From: Nanobdellota archaeon | GTDB lineage: Archaea > Nanobdellota > Nanobdellia > Woesearchaeales > DATDXC01 | DNA: 64,000 nucleotides | Reading direction: 5' to 3' | Assembly (NCBI GenBank): GCA_043818675.1 | Contig: JBDRFR010000069.1 | Location: 14,877 to 78,876 of the forward strand | Shown: positions 22,501 to 37,500 of the stretch, one piece after another | How the letters are laid out: every line of letters begins with the position of its first letter | Position numbering within the stretch: position 1 is the stretch's first letter | Position numbers and translations under genes: made by a program | Notes under the pieces: generated by a model | Seen by the model: the letters and a program-made list of their open reading frames with translations, nothing else | The model's database searches: none | Told to the model about the DNA's origin: nothing

Positions 22501-25500
22501 GGAACAAATGGGGGCGATGTAAAAATTATTAATGAATCTAGTGCAAATGTTGCAGTATGGAATAGTTATAGTTATGGGAGTAATGGGGGGACTATGATAT
22601 TAGGAGATCTAGATAATGATGGATTTAAAGATGATTTTGTAGCTGTAATAGATACAGGCAGCGTTAGAAAAATTCTTGCTTGGAATACCTCAGATTATGT
22701 AACCTGGGTCAATTTTTGGAATTATAGCCTTCCTCATGACATTTATATAGATCAATTAATAGTATCTGACTTGGATGGTGATGGGGATGATGATATCGCA
22801 GGCTCGGTCACTGCAAATGATCCAAGATCGTATACGTTTGCCTTAGTAGGACACAATGGATCCGTACTTTGGAATACCACATCCAATTATGACCAACTTT
22901 GTTATTCATTGATTGCTTTAGATATGGATCATGATGGACTTAAAGATGATATAATTACCGGTTGCACAGGAGATATACATAATTTTAGTTTAAATGGAAC
23001 TTATGGAGCAACATATACTCCTTCGTTATTTAATAATTCACCAACTGGAAATATTTTAGAAATAGCAGCGATTGATTTGGACAATGATGGATATGAAGAT
23101 GAGATTATTGTAGGTGATACAGGAGTTTATAACACTGGTCCAGGATATGTAAGAGCTTTTAATAAAAATGGAATTGAAGAATGGAATTTTGAATTGCCTC
23201 CCACAGGTATTGCTGATGGGGACGATATTGCATCGCTGGTTGTGGGAGATGTGAATAGTGATGGGAAAAAAGAAATAGTGTTTGGTAATGAACAGCTTGA
23301 TACAATTTATGTTTTAAACAAATCAGGATCATTATTGTGGGAATATAAAATTGGATTAGGTAATATCGGATCATCAAGCGATGAATCACCAGGTATTGAT
23401 CTGACTGATATCAACAACGATGGTATTCTTGATATTGTAGCTAGTTCACTAACAGGTTATGCACACGTTCTTCAAGATACAACATGTACAATTCAATACG
23501 AATCAGAAGGCGGAGAGATAAATAAAACAGGAACTAATTGGGATGATGGACTTGTAATGTTAATGCACTTTAATAATGAATCAGCATACGGTGAAACAAC
23601 AGCCGGAATTAATAATGTAACATATGACTTTTCAGGTAATGGCAATAACGGAACAATATATGGTGCAACGTTTAATGCAACCGGTGGTAAATGGAACGGA
23701 AGCTTTGAGTTTGATGGGATTGATGATTATATTGAATTAACAGATATGAACATTAATGATGAATTCACAGTTTCAATGTGGTTCAAAGCTAAAAAGTTAC
23801 AAGACGGCGCTACTTTAATTGGTGATTTGGACAATATTGGAGGTAATGAGGGTTGGTCCATAAGATACTTAACTTCACTAGGTAATGAATTGCACTTCAG
23901 TTTTGATGGAACTACATGTGGATGGACCAATTACGACCTTACTGGGATTAATCCGGATAATGACAACACTTGGCATTTTATTTCTGTTGTCTTTACAAAC
24001 AATACTGTCTCTTGGTTTTATGATGGAACTACTGAAGTTGATAGTCACAGTCAGCAATGTGTAGTTGAAGATTCTAATGAGAATATCAAAATTGGCGTCG
24101 CTTCCAGAGATACTTTCCCAATAAGTGCAAGCGGACACTTCAACGGCACAATCGATGAAGTAGCAATCTGGAACAGATCATTATCAGCTGCAGAAGTTTG
24201 GGACTTATACATGTCATCAGCACCCAAATACAACATGACATGGGACTATACAAGAAAGAAATGGAACCAAACAAAACAGATAACGACATACGGCAACTGG
24301 ACTTATGGCATAACATGCGAGAAAGGTGGATATGTAACCCAAAGAAGCTCAGGTTATATTGACATGACTCAATATTTGACAATATGGGATGATTCTGATT
24401 CAAAAACAGTTTATGCTAATTACACTAAGTTTTATGCTAACTACACAAGATCGAATGGAACTGCATTGAACGGTAACTATTGGTGTGAATTTAACTTTAA
24501 TAAAACTGGAATTTGGACAAATCCAGTCAATATGAGCTTTAATCCAACAACAACACAGTATGAAATAATCGCTGACGGCGGATACATACAGAATTCAACA
24601 AAAACGCATATTGACGGGATGCCGGTTGGAAATTACAGTTATAATATAACATGTTATGGTGGGGATTATAAGTCTCTAACTGACACAGTTAATATTGCTG
24701 AGTATGACACAGTTTTATCAATACTTAATGATACAGATAAAACTGTTGGAGAAAAGATAAAATTCTATGCTAACTATTCAAGAGTTGACCCATACAAAGT
24801 AACTAACTGGAAATTAGGTAAAGAGATTGGGAGGATTGTTTGGACTGATAATTTAACAACTGACACAGAATTGATATCTATTACGTCTTATGATATGGAT
24901 AAAGATGGAAAAAGAGATGAACTTGCAGCTGCGGTAAGGGATCAAAATACCGGAGAATTAGCCTATTTTTATCCAAACGGTACATATAAATGGATCTATT
25001 CAGTTTCCTGGGATTTTACAGAGAGCATATTTGCAGGAGATTTAAACGATGATGGTTACTATAACGAGATATATTATCCAATGGTGGGTGAACCCGCAAT
25101 ATTTAATGAATCAGGAGACCAGGTGTGGACAGGCAGCATCACTTACCCGGCAATGCAGTTTGAGGGAGCCTTACTTCTGGATATTGACGGAGACGGACAA
25201 AAAGATGATCTGGTTGTGGTAAATGCTACTGGTGTGTTTGCATATAATACATCTGATGGGATTACCTGGCATAATTTATGGAACTATTCTCACCCAATCA
25301 GTCTTGGCTTAAACAATCTGTGGGATGCTGCTTCAGGAGATCTGGATAATGATGGTAGAGATGATATTCTGTTGGGAACATATCTCCCTCCCAATTTATA
25401 TGTGATCAATTCCACCGGTAGTCAAATGTGGAATTATTCCTACATACAATACGGACTGGCAGTTGAATTGATAGATCTTGACAGTGACGGCAAAAAAGAT

Positions 25501-28500
25501 GAAGTTATCCTGGGTAGTCTATATCAAATTATCCATGGTATAAATGGGTCTGGCGGACATCTGTGGAACATATCTGGCGGAAATCTCAGGCATTATGAAC
25601 TTAATGTTCTTGACCTGGATGATGACGGATTTGAAAATGATTTTGTTGTAGGTGATGCCAATGGAAATGTCACAGCATATAATGCTTCTCTGACAAACCA
25701 TGACATGATGTGGTCAATTGATCTAAACGGGGTAGGGGCTAATGATATCTATTCAGTTTCAAATGCAGATATAAATAATGATGGAATAAAAGAAATTCTA
25801 GTGGGTGGAGAAGATGCAATTTTATGGGTTTTAGATAAGTCAGACGGAAGTGTCCTGTGGGATTATACTGTCGGAACAGGAGACATTGGATCAGGGGCTG
25901 GAAAATCCAGAATAACAACCACAGATATAAACAATGATGGAATAAACGAGATTATTGTGGCATCACGAACAAACGCACAAATCCACACCTTCCAGGATGT
26001 AAACTGCATCATAGAAATCAGCGACGGAACATCAGCTGACATGAATTATAACTCAACCTCCAGAAAATGGGAATACAATAAAACATTCATTATTGCAGCT
26101 GACTACGAATATAATGTAACCTGCACAAAGGGAGGATATACTGAACAGGTACAAAGCTCTACTTTATCAGTTGCAAGCTTAAGGACATATCATCAGCCGT
26201 CAGCTGTTTATTCAAACTATACAAGGTTTGTCGCTAATTTCACTGAAGGCACTGGCAAATGCAGGATGAAATACAATAAGACAGGCATATGGAGCAGCTG
26301 GCATAACATGAGCTGGAATGGGACGATAAACGCGTTTGAGCTTGAAGCTGACAATGGGTATAGAAGAGGGCATATGCGCTCAATGCCGGCCGGAACTTAT
26401 GACTATTATATTGACTGCAATAACTCTTTAGGCCAGGCTGTAAATGCAACAGATTCGATAACTGTAAATGATTATGATACAAACCTATCAATATCAAACA
26501 CTAATAATAATCCAGTTATCGACCAACCTATCATTTTCTATGCTAACTATTCAAGAGTTGATCCATACAAAGTAGATAACTGGAAATTAGGAAATGAGAT
26601 TGGACAGGTTGTATGGAATACAAGTGATATTGGCACAAATGCAAATGCGATCGCAGCCATTGACCTGAACAATGATGGAAAGAAAAATGAGTTAATAATA
26701 GTAATGGACAGTGATATTACTGGCTTGTATGCAAATGGCAGTGAGAAGTTCAGCCAGACTTCTGGCATAGGTAATTCAATCTTAGATATAGCTGTTGGTG
26801 ATTTTGACAATGATGGTTATGAAAATGATTTTGCAATTGTAAGAGGCGCAAGCACCCTCGAGGTGTTTAATGAAACAGGCCAGGAAGTATGGGAAAGCGG
26901 CGATTACGGATCTACGCCTGCAATACCGGCTATAGGAGACTTTGATGGAGATGGCATCAAGAATGATTTCTTTATGATGGATGGCGGAAGTGTTTTTGTT
27001 TTTAACTCAACAGAAGGAAAGGTTTGGAGCGAGAGATGCAGCATTACGCATGGTGCCAACGTTTATGCTGGATATGATGCTATAACAACTAGAATTTATG
27101 ATTCATCTAAAGATGATATAGTTTTTGTTTCCAGTGAGAATAGTGCAACACCTGGCATTTGGGCGATTAATACATCATCTATTGGAACATGCAAACAATA
27201 TTATAATGGTTCAGGGAATTTATTTAGATCACTTGATGTTCTGGATATTGACCATGATGGAATTGAAAATGAATTTGTTGTAGGTGAAAATGGAGATGTA
27301 CTTGTATTTAATTTAAGCTTAGATATAATCCTTAGTGATTCTACACCTGATGATAATATTTGGGAGATCAGAAAAATTGACCTGGATAATGATGGATTTA
27401 AGGATGATTTTGTCGCTTCAGAAGATAATCCTCCAAGAATCAGGGCGTATGATAATAATTCTGATTTGAACTGGACATTTAATACTGGCGAATCTGCAGG
27501 AGTGTCTATCTTTTCGATGGAAATAGCTGATGTTAATAATGATGGAATAGAGGATATTTTATTTGGAACAAGCACTGGTATTGTTTATGCTGTTAATATT
27601 AGTGGAAACTTAATGTATAAATATGATATTCAATTAGGAACAATCGGAAATGACAACTCAAGAGCTTCATCAACAGACATCTCAGACATAAACAACGACG
27701 GAATAAATGATGTAGCAGTTGCATCCTTTGATGGCTACGCACACATCCTTCAGGATTCATCCTGCACTATAAAATTCACAGACGGATCATCATACAACAT
27801 GACCTGGAACATAAGTAAAGACAAATGGCAGGCAAACAAATCATTCAGATTAGCAGGGACATACAGCTACAATATTACATGTAATAAAGGCGGATACATA
27901 TCACAAAACCTAACTGCAAGCATTACAGCTGCAAAACAAGGTTCATTCTGCGATTGGGGAAGCTTAGCTACAACATGCCATATTAATACAAGCATAACTG
28001 TAAAGAATAACTACCAATTAAACGCATCCAACATAATAATCCATGAGCTTGGAAACCTATACAATAATTCAGGCATAAGCTTCATAATAAATCTAACCGG
28101 AAACCTAACAATAAAAAGCAGCGGAACAATCAATTTATCCGCAGCAAACTGCGCAAGCGGAACTTGCACAAACGGCGGAAACCTGACAATTATTGCATCC
28201 ACATTCAACCTAAGCAGGGGTTCATTTATTTATTCCAATGGCGGCTCTTTAACATCTGATGGAACCAAGGGTGGTAGTGGAGGAATAATAAATATCACAG
28301 CCAGATCATTCTATTTTGACGGAAATATAACATTAGATGGTGGAGATAATGCAGGAACATACAGTACTGGAGATGGAGGCATAGGTGGCACCATGGTTAT
28401 AGATGTTAATACCAACCTTAACATAGGTGGTAATCTGCTTGGAAAAGGCGGAACCGGAAGATCAAACATCTGCGCTGCAAATAGCGGCAGCAGGGGTAAT

Positions 28501-31500
28501 GGTGGTAAACTGATAATTAATGAAAACAATCTTAACCTGACAGTAAACGGAATTATTGACTTGCCTCCTGGAGAAAGAGGATATTGTGCAAATGGCACAT
28601 TTGGTGCAACTGACCTAAACATAAATACCTTAACTGTAAGCCAAAATGGGCAGCTTAAGATTGGAGGAACAATCAACTCATCAACTATAACCATAAGCGG
28701 TATTTTAGGACCAAAAGAAAGTTTGGGCGGAGACGGCAGGGTAAGCAGAAATAACGCTAGTGAACTGACAATCCTAAGCAATGTTTTAAATTTAACTTCA
28801 GGTGGAATAATTACAGGCAAAGGCCAAAGTGAAACAAACAACCTTGACTATTATTCAGGAACAGGTGCCACAATAAACATTTCAGTTGCAACCTTCTATT
28901 TTGATGGAAATATATCGATCGAAGGCGGAGAAGACTCAAGCGGAAATACTAACGGCGGAGGAGATGCAGGAATTTTGTATTTGGATGTGAATAGTAATTT
29001 GATTGTTAATGGAAACATTTTAGCAGATGGCGGAGTTGGAAGACCAAATGTCTGCGACAGTACAACTACAGGACATAGGGGGAGTGGTGGAACAGTCATC
29101 ATTAATGAGCCAAACCATAACATTAGTTTAGTAGGTCAGATTATTTCAAATAGGGGCACTACTGGACTTTGCGATGACGGCTCCGGCGGAACAATAAATA
29201 TCACAGCATCAGTATTAAACATAACAAACAACATTGAAGCAAAAGGAAACATCTCAGGAAATATTAACCTAAAAGCAGTCAGATTATACATTAACTCAAC
29301 ATTAAACGTAACCTCGGAAACAAATGACCAAAACGGAACAATAAGGATAACTTTCAAAGACAACTTCAACGCAACATATTCAAAGATTGAACCGGTTACA
29401 TACTTAGAAAGAAACACAACAGATGGAATGGTTTCTTTCTTACAATCATTTAACAGAAGATTAAACTCTACAATCCCGTATGAAAACGCAATAACTATAG
29501 CTTACAACAAAATAAACATTAACTCCACGAAATACAAAGACTTAAACAAGTCTGCCGATATAAAACTCTACAGCGCATTCGTCGGCGATATCAGGTTATT
29601 AAAAGACGGATTATTATGCACCTCCTGCAATCTAAAGGATTACTCGTTAGGCACTGCATACTTCAACGTAACATCGTTTACCAACTATTCGATAATCGGC
29701 AACACTACTTTAGTCTTATTTGATTCAGAGTATGATGTTCACCCGTTAAGCAATAACCCGATTATTTTCCAAAATGAAGTGGCCATATTCTACGCAAACT
29801 ATACAAGAAACAACGATAGTATTATTCTAACCGATGCAACTTGCGTTATTTACTTTAACGACACACAATCATGGACAGCTATGAGTTATAAGCCTGATAA
29901 ACAGTTGTTCTCGTATAACAGGACCTTTACAGCTGGCGGCAACTACACATGGAACACCAGCTGCGGCAGATCAGACTATTTAACCCAGTCAACAGAAGAT
30001 AACATATCAATCTCCGCTAACACCCCTCCTGTAATAAACTCTGTAAATATTACTATCAACAACAGTCTTTCAACTTTAGCCTATACTAACTCAACCTTAA
30101 ACTGCATGTTTAATATTACCGATATGGACGAAGGAGAACTTGTAAGAGCGAATATCACCTGGTTTCGGAATTTAGGTGATGGTTATATCCCCTGGACAAT
30201 GGACAACGAAGACGAGATTACCATAACACACAATATCTCGATGAACACAACATCAGGCGACATTGAGCCAGGCAAAACCAACCACAGCGACAGCTGGATC
30301 TGCCAGGTTACAGCATACGACTTATATAACGGCACCTCAATAACAAACTCCTCACCGTTGACAATCCAAAACTACAGCACTGTTTTAGTAATCTTTGACG
30401 AAGAAACAGACATTGAACAGCACAGGCGCTCAAACACAAGCACAATCTACAAGTTCCAGAACACCTCATTTTATGCTAATTACACCTTAAACCATCAGAT
30501 CATAAATCCTGCAATCTGCAGTATCTATTTCAACGATTCAGTAAGCATCAACATGACATACAAAGACACCCTATATTATTATAACAGAACTTTTACAAAA
30601 GGCGGCAATTTCACATTCAATATTACGTGTAAACGGTTCAATTACACAACAAAGACCAACTTTAGCTGGCTATGGATAACCTACAACTCATCACTAAGCA
30701 TCTTTGACCAGGAATCAGACGAAGAGACCAACCTATTAAGCAATAATGAGATCTACCAAAACGAAAACAGCTTTTTCTACGCAAATTATACAAGGGACGA
30801 TGATAACGCAACGATTACACAAGGCAATTGCACTATCTCTTTTGATGACAAAAAAGCCAACATGAGCTACAACACAAGTTTGCAGCTATTCACATACAAT
30901 AGGAGTTTTGCAGTCAGGGGCACTTATACTTGGTCAATAAATTGCACGACTAAAGGCTACGAGCAGGAGAACAAAACTTCCAGTATAACGGTTCTCTCTG
31001 CCGAGTTTGAGCATATTTATATTACACCCGAGATAGCATACAGCTCTGACAATCTGACTTGCATAAACACTACTGTAACGAATCAGGGCTCGGAAAATTA
31101 TACATTGGTCTATGAGTGGTTTAATGACGACGTTAGGATTGCAATTCTGGATTTAGCTTCCGATGGATCGGTAACACGTAACAACCAGGGCCAGGGAGCT
31201 GCATCTAATGCAATCGACAACAACCTGGCAACAGTTTGGCAGACAGACGAATTATCACTTGGCTGGATAAAGTTCACATTAGATAATACAAGAACCATCG
31301 GCAAATTAGACTATACGTTTAACGGTTCTGGCAATAGGGATAATTTCAACATATCATATTCAACTGACGATTCCACCTACATTACATTATACAGTTCACT
31401 GTCCGACCCAGGAAACGAGGTTACAATAACAAAAACCTTCGACCCTGTAAACATGAGGTATATCAGAATTGATTTCAGGAGCGGCTCGACCCAGGAATTT

Positions 31501-34500
31501 GGCGGATTGGCAGAATTCAATGTCTACCCGACAAACATACTATACAGCTCTTACACAACAAAAGGCGACAGTATCCATTGTACGATAACAGCCATGTTAG
31601 ACGATATTAATGCAACCACGTACACAACAAAATCCAGGTACAGGATTTTTACTAATCAAAGCGATTTCATAGGCGGAACATTAGTTAACACCTCTATTAC
31701 TCACCAGCCCGGCAATATCACGCTATACCCTAACTCAACAGGCAACTATTCAAACACAACAGGATACTACATTTCACCTTCCATTGATTTCCAAAGATTA
31801 TCACCCTCCATCTCGACGATAAGCTGGAACGGTTCAGATACAGGCATCAGTATCCAGACAAGGGTTTCAGCTGACAACAGCACCTGGTCAGAATGGCAAG
31901 GGCCGCAATTGACAAACAGCCCAAATATTTTGGCGCTTATGCATTTCAATGACGCTAACACCACAGTGAACAACGACCTGCCATTGTCAGGCAATTTCAG
32001 TTATAAACAGGCCAAATGGAACAATGGATTATTGATAAATCACACAAGCTATATTAGTTACAATACAAGCTTGTTGAACTATTCAACAGGCACGATCGCT
32101 TTCTGGCTAAAGCCTCTTGCCAATTTACAAGAAGGTTACCTGTTCGACACAGCATACAATGTAAGCATCAACCGAATCTCCTTATACCTTGAAAACTCTG
32201 TTTTATTCTTTAGGATCAGGGACAGTAATGACCGCGACCATATTGTTAACACTACGGTTGACTTCCAGGAAAATGTATGGCAGCATTTAGCAGTAACCTG
32301 GAACTTAACTAACATGTCAATTTACGTAAACAATACTTTGTTCACATCAAACATCAGGTCAAATGAGATCAAAAATGATAGTAACACTCTTCTTTTAGAA
32401 AGATTTGAAGCAGGATCAAAAATACAGAATAATGGCGGCATTTTACAGGGCAGCCTGGTTGATGGTAAATACAGTAATGGGTTTTTATCAGCAAATACAG
32501 GAGACGTTATCAATTATTCCACAACAAACCTTAACATCACAAAAGGCACTATTGAATTCTGGCTGAAACTTCAAAACTCTTTAGACTCAAAAACTTACTA
32601 TTTGTTTGACACTGCGTATAATGACAGTATTGACAGGTTATCAATCTATTTAGAAAATTCAAAACTTAATTTCCTGATAAGGGATAAAGATGACCGCGAC
32701 CATTTGATTAACGCAAGCGTTAATTTCCAGGATGACATTTGGTATTCAATAGCTGCTGCATGGAACCAAACTAATATGAGCTTATACATCAATAATAGTT
32801 ATCAGGCAGGTGATTATAGAAGCACTGAAGTAGCTAACGATTCTGATACCTTACTGATAGAAAGGTTTGAATCAATCAATAAGATAGACACTAACGGCGG
32901 CAGTTTTAAAGGCAGCCTTACCGATGGCAAACATGATAAAGGCTTCTTATCAGCTATAAGCGGAGACGTAATCAATTATTCCACAACAAACCTTAACATC
33001 ACAAAAGGCACTATTGAGTTCTGGCTAAAACTTCAAAACACCTTAGATTCAAAAACTTACTATTTATTTGATACTGCTTATAATGACAGTATTGAAAGGC
33101 TGTCAATCTACCTGGAAAACTCAAAACTTAATTTCCTGATAAGGGACAAGGACGACCGTGACCATTTGATCAACGTAAGTGCAGATTTCCAGGCAGGTGT
33201 TTGGTATTCAATAGCTGCTGCATGGAACCAGACAAACATGAGCTTATACATAAATAACAGCTATCAGGCAGGCGATTATAAAAGTACTGAGATAAAAAAT
33301 GACACAAGCACATTGCTCTTAGAAAGGTTTGAATCAATAGCTAAAATAACAGCTAATAACGGTTATGTTTCAAGCGGCGTAAATCTCACCCAGGGCAGGC
33401 ACAGTAAAGGAATGATCACCGACAGACCAGGCGAATTTGTAAATTATTCTAGTGATTATTTCAACCGCACCAAAGGCACTATCGAATTCTGGATTAAACC
33501 TGTTTGGCCAGGAACTGCTGATAAAACTGATTATTTCTTTGACCAGGGCAGCGGTTCACAAGCAAACAGGATGTTTATTTCAAAAGGCAGTGATCCGGCA
33601 AGCGAATTAAGCATATCAAACTCAAGCATAGTATTTGCCATTTTTGACGGTGCAGGAACATCTCATTATGTAAGTTCTGATATTAGTTCATGGCAATCTT
33701 CGGAATGGCACTCAGTTGCAGCAGTTTACAATTTCACTGGATCATCTTCCTACATGGCTTTATATGTTGACAACGTTTTGCAGGACAACACCCCGACAAA
33801 TCCAGGCGCCTTCACACTCAGCGCAAAATCCATTTTATACATTGGTTCAAACAGGCTAAAGGATCATTATTCAAATGCCACAATTGACTCTTTAAGGATT
33901 TCAAACAACCCAAGGTCAAACTTCAGCTATATTTACGCTGACGATACTATTCCGATTAGTAATAAAGCAGCCTTACAGCATATTGGCAATAGTTATAATT
34001 TAAGTTATCCAGCTAATGCAACAATTGACTCCTTTAGAATATCAAACATACAAAGAACAGGCTTTAGCTATATCTACGCAGATACAATACCATTGCTTAA
34101 CAAAGCAGCCTTATTGCATATTGGCAATAGTTACAATCTAAGTTATCCAGCTAATGCAACTATTGACTCTTTAAGGATATCAAACACACAAAGAACAGAC
34201 TTTAGCTATATTTACCCAGGTGACACACTTCCGATGTCTTCCAAAGCAAAAGAGTTTTTCATAGGCACAAACTACACAAAACACCAGCAGATAAACTCCA
34301 CTATTGATGAGTTTGTAATATACAACAGTATTCAAGATATAGGCGACATTTATCAGACATCGCATACAGCTTTCCAGGGCACTGTTCCCACGCCGCACCT
34401 TAGGTTTTTACAGTACAAGATTAACTTCCAAACAAACTTCACTAACCAAACACCAATCCTTGAAAAGCTGACTATTCAGCAGGATGATTTCCCTATCATT

Positions 34501-37500
34501 ATCAAAAACAAGGCTCCGACAGCCCCTTCCTTATTAACCCCTGCTGATAATAATTGGCTTACGACAGCCACACCTCTGCTAAACTGGACAGAAAGTATCG
34601 ACGTTGACAACGATATTGTTTATTATAATTTATTGATTGACGATGATAGTGATTTCTTAACACCCTATATTGAAAAGGCCAATCCCGGCTTTAATTTAAC
34701 TGACAGTAATTATACAATTAACAGCTCAGAAGCACTCGAGCAATCAACCTATTATTGGAAAGTTAGGGCATTTGATTTGGACAACGCTGATCAGCCCGGC
34801 GAATCAAACGCATCGTCGTTTTCCCAGACTTTCACACTAAGCGTTGATTCTGTTTATCCTAAGATATTCAATGAATCCAAAAGTCCTGATGGCTTTATCT
34901 ATGAGATTTACAACGTAACATTTTTCGTTAACGTATCAGAGTCAAACATTTTGAACGTGACATTAGAAGCTAACTGGTCAAGTGCAATGGTTAATTATAC
35001 AGTCAATAATTATACTGGCACAGGTTCTAACAGGAGGTATAATTATACTGTAAGTAGCACAGAGCTTAGTGCACTTGAGCTTGTCATGTGGCGGTTCTAT
35101 GTAACAGACTCTTCCGGCTCGGTCAATAGAACCCCTCAGCATAACTTCACTGTCCAGCCGGCTGTTGATCTGAACTTATCAGGCATAACACCGCCTGATA
35201 TTATCTATTCCAATCTGACCAGGTTTAATGTTACAATTTTTAACCAAGGCGACGGTGCCGCATCGAATATTAATGTAAGCTGCTATGTTAATGATACGTT
35301 CATTGACAGTTACATTATATCAACAATTGACGGCTTATCCCAAAACAGTTCATATTGCAGCTATACAGCTGTTTTTGGCACAAGTTTCATTCTCGATGCA
35401 ACTGTTGACCCAGCTAACACTATCCCTGAATCAAACGAACTTAATAATGATGGCAACATATCATTTAGTGTCCTGCAAAAAACAGGCATGTCTGCTTATG
35501 ACCAGGAAGACGACGATGAAGATAACGCAGGATGGTTATCTGAGCACGAGACTGCCCCGCTGCAGATGACCTACTACTTTGTAAATTATACAAGCGATCT
35601 GGACAACTCTGCCATTTCTGACGGCATTTGCACAATCTACCTGAACAATTCCGCGATACAGATGACTTATAATTCCAGCGCAGGGTTATATTATTACAAC
35701 CGTTCCTGGGCATTTGCCGGAAGCAACGACTGGAACATAACCTGCAAAAAACCCTTGTATGAAAACAAGACCTATATTTCAGAGACCTATGTCAGGATCT
35801 TATTAAGAAACGCATCAGCTATCGGTTTAACTACACTAACAAGGCACCTAAACCCAGCCGATCCTGTTAATATAACAGTTACTGTCCCAAATCAGAACAT
35901 TCTCTTAAACCTTAGCAGTGTCTGGACAGAGATCATAAAGCCTGACGGGTATAAAGAAAACCTATCGATGAGTGGCGAGCCTTCTGGTGGAATTTACAAT
36001 TTAACATTCAGGAACACTTCCCTGGTCGGAACATACACTGCTAAGTTCTTTGCCAATTTAACTGACGGGTTCAAAGGTGTTGAAACAGCTCGGACTAATT
36101 TCTCTGTTGAAAATATAAGTATGCCGATCTATCTGAACAAATCCAGGATTAATGTTAGCGAACATGTAAAGATATACGGAAAAGCAAGAAGATTTAACAA
36201 CAGCAACTATTTCAATATAACAGGCACAAACCTGTCAATCTGGCAGGATGGTATATTTAACGCAACTGTTATAACTAATTCCACTGCTGATTTTAATAAG
36301 ACAATCATATTTAAGATAGCAGGCACAAGGACTATCAAAGTTAACATTACATCAGCTGAAGGCATATACGGCAATAACCAAACTTCATTAATTGTCAATA
36401 TTCCCCTGCGAAACATTTCAGCAAGAGGTATTACAACAAACACCCGATATGTTAATTATAATGAGACTGTAAATTTATCTATCACTATTCCCACTGAAAA
36501 CATTGGCTCTGCAGATCTTAGCAGTGTTTGGGCAGAAATTACAAAACCCGATTCAAGAAAAGTCAACATAAGCTTATCAGGATCTAGTCAAGGTGGTGTT
36601 TGGAATACCACATTTACTAATAATACATTGCTTGGTACATATACTGTCAGGTATTATGCAAACTTATCAGACGGATTCCGGTACGTAGAACAGGCTATAA
36701 CAAACTATTCGGTGGAGAATATCTCGTTATCGATATATCTTAACAAATCCGTAATCAACAACACTGAAACTATAAAAGTTTACGGAAAAGCCAGACGGCA
36801 CAACGGTTCCAGCTACTTCAATATAACCGGAACAACAATATATATTTGGCAGGATAATGTTTCAAACGGTTCCATAATTACGAATACATCTGGAGATTAT
36901 AACACCACAATTTCCTCATATGTTGCAGGCATAAGGCACCTAAAAGTCAATATTACAACACAAGAAGGATTATACAGTTACAATCTAACAACTTTAAATA
37001 TTAGCATACCGCTTCGTAATAAACAGGCATTAGGTCTTACTACTGATACTAACATGATCCATTACGATGAAGAAGTCAACATCTCAATCAATATACCCTT
37101 GGAATACATAGGAAACGATGAATTAGATAGTATCTGGGCAGAAATTACAAAACCTGACTCCAGAAAAATTAACATAAGCTTTTCAGGATTGAGCACTGGC
37201 GGTATTTGGAACGCATCATTTGATAACACCACGGTTTTAGGCAGATATACTATAAGATATTATGCTAATTTATCGAGTGGTTTTTCTATAACTGAAACAT
37301 CGATTACAAATTTCACCGCAGCTAACATTTCTATTTCGCTTGTGCTAAGCAGGTCAATCCTAAACACAACAAACAACTTAACAGTCAGTGGTAAAGCAAT
37401 AATCTTCAATGGGTCAGTGGCTCAAAATGTAACAGACAGAAACGTTACAGTATTTTTGGGAGGTATACTAGTATCTAACGCAACAACTGACTCTTATGGC

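Noticed and set aside
28311-28841. 176-aa minus-strand ORF, and many other 60-175-aa ORFs listed inside 7519..43815 on other frames or strands (e.g. 10287..10613, 18225..18602, 27201..27575, 41832..42236)
   Set aside because: They lie wholly inside the giant coding region, and their translations are low-complexity P/S/L-rich antisense or alternate-frame products. No motifs, starts or ribosome-binding sites support them. The exception is the 13084..13862 minus-strand trio, which has real TA-family signatures and is reported.
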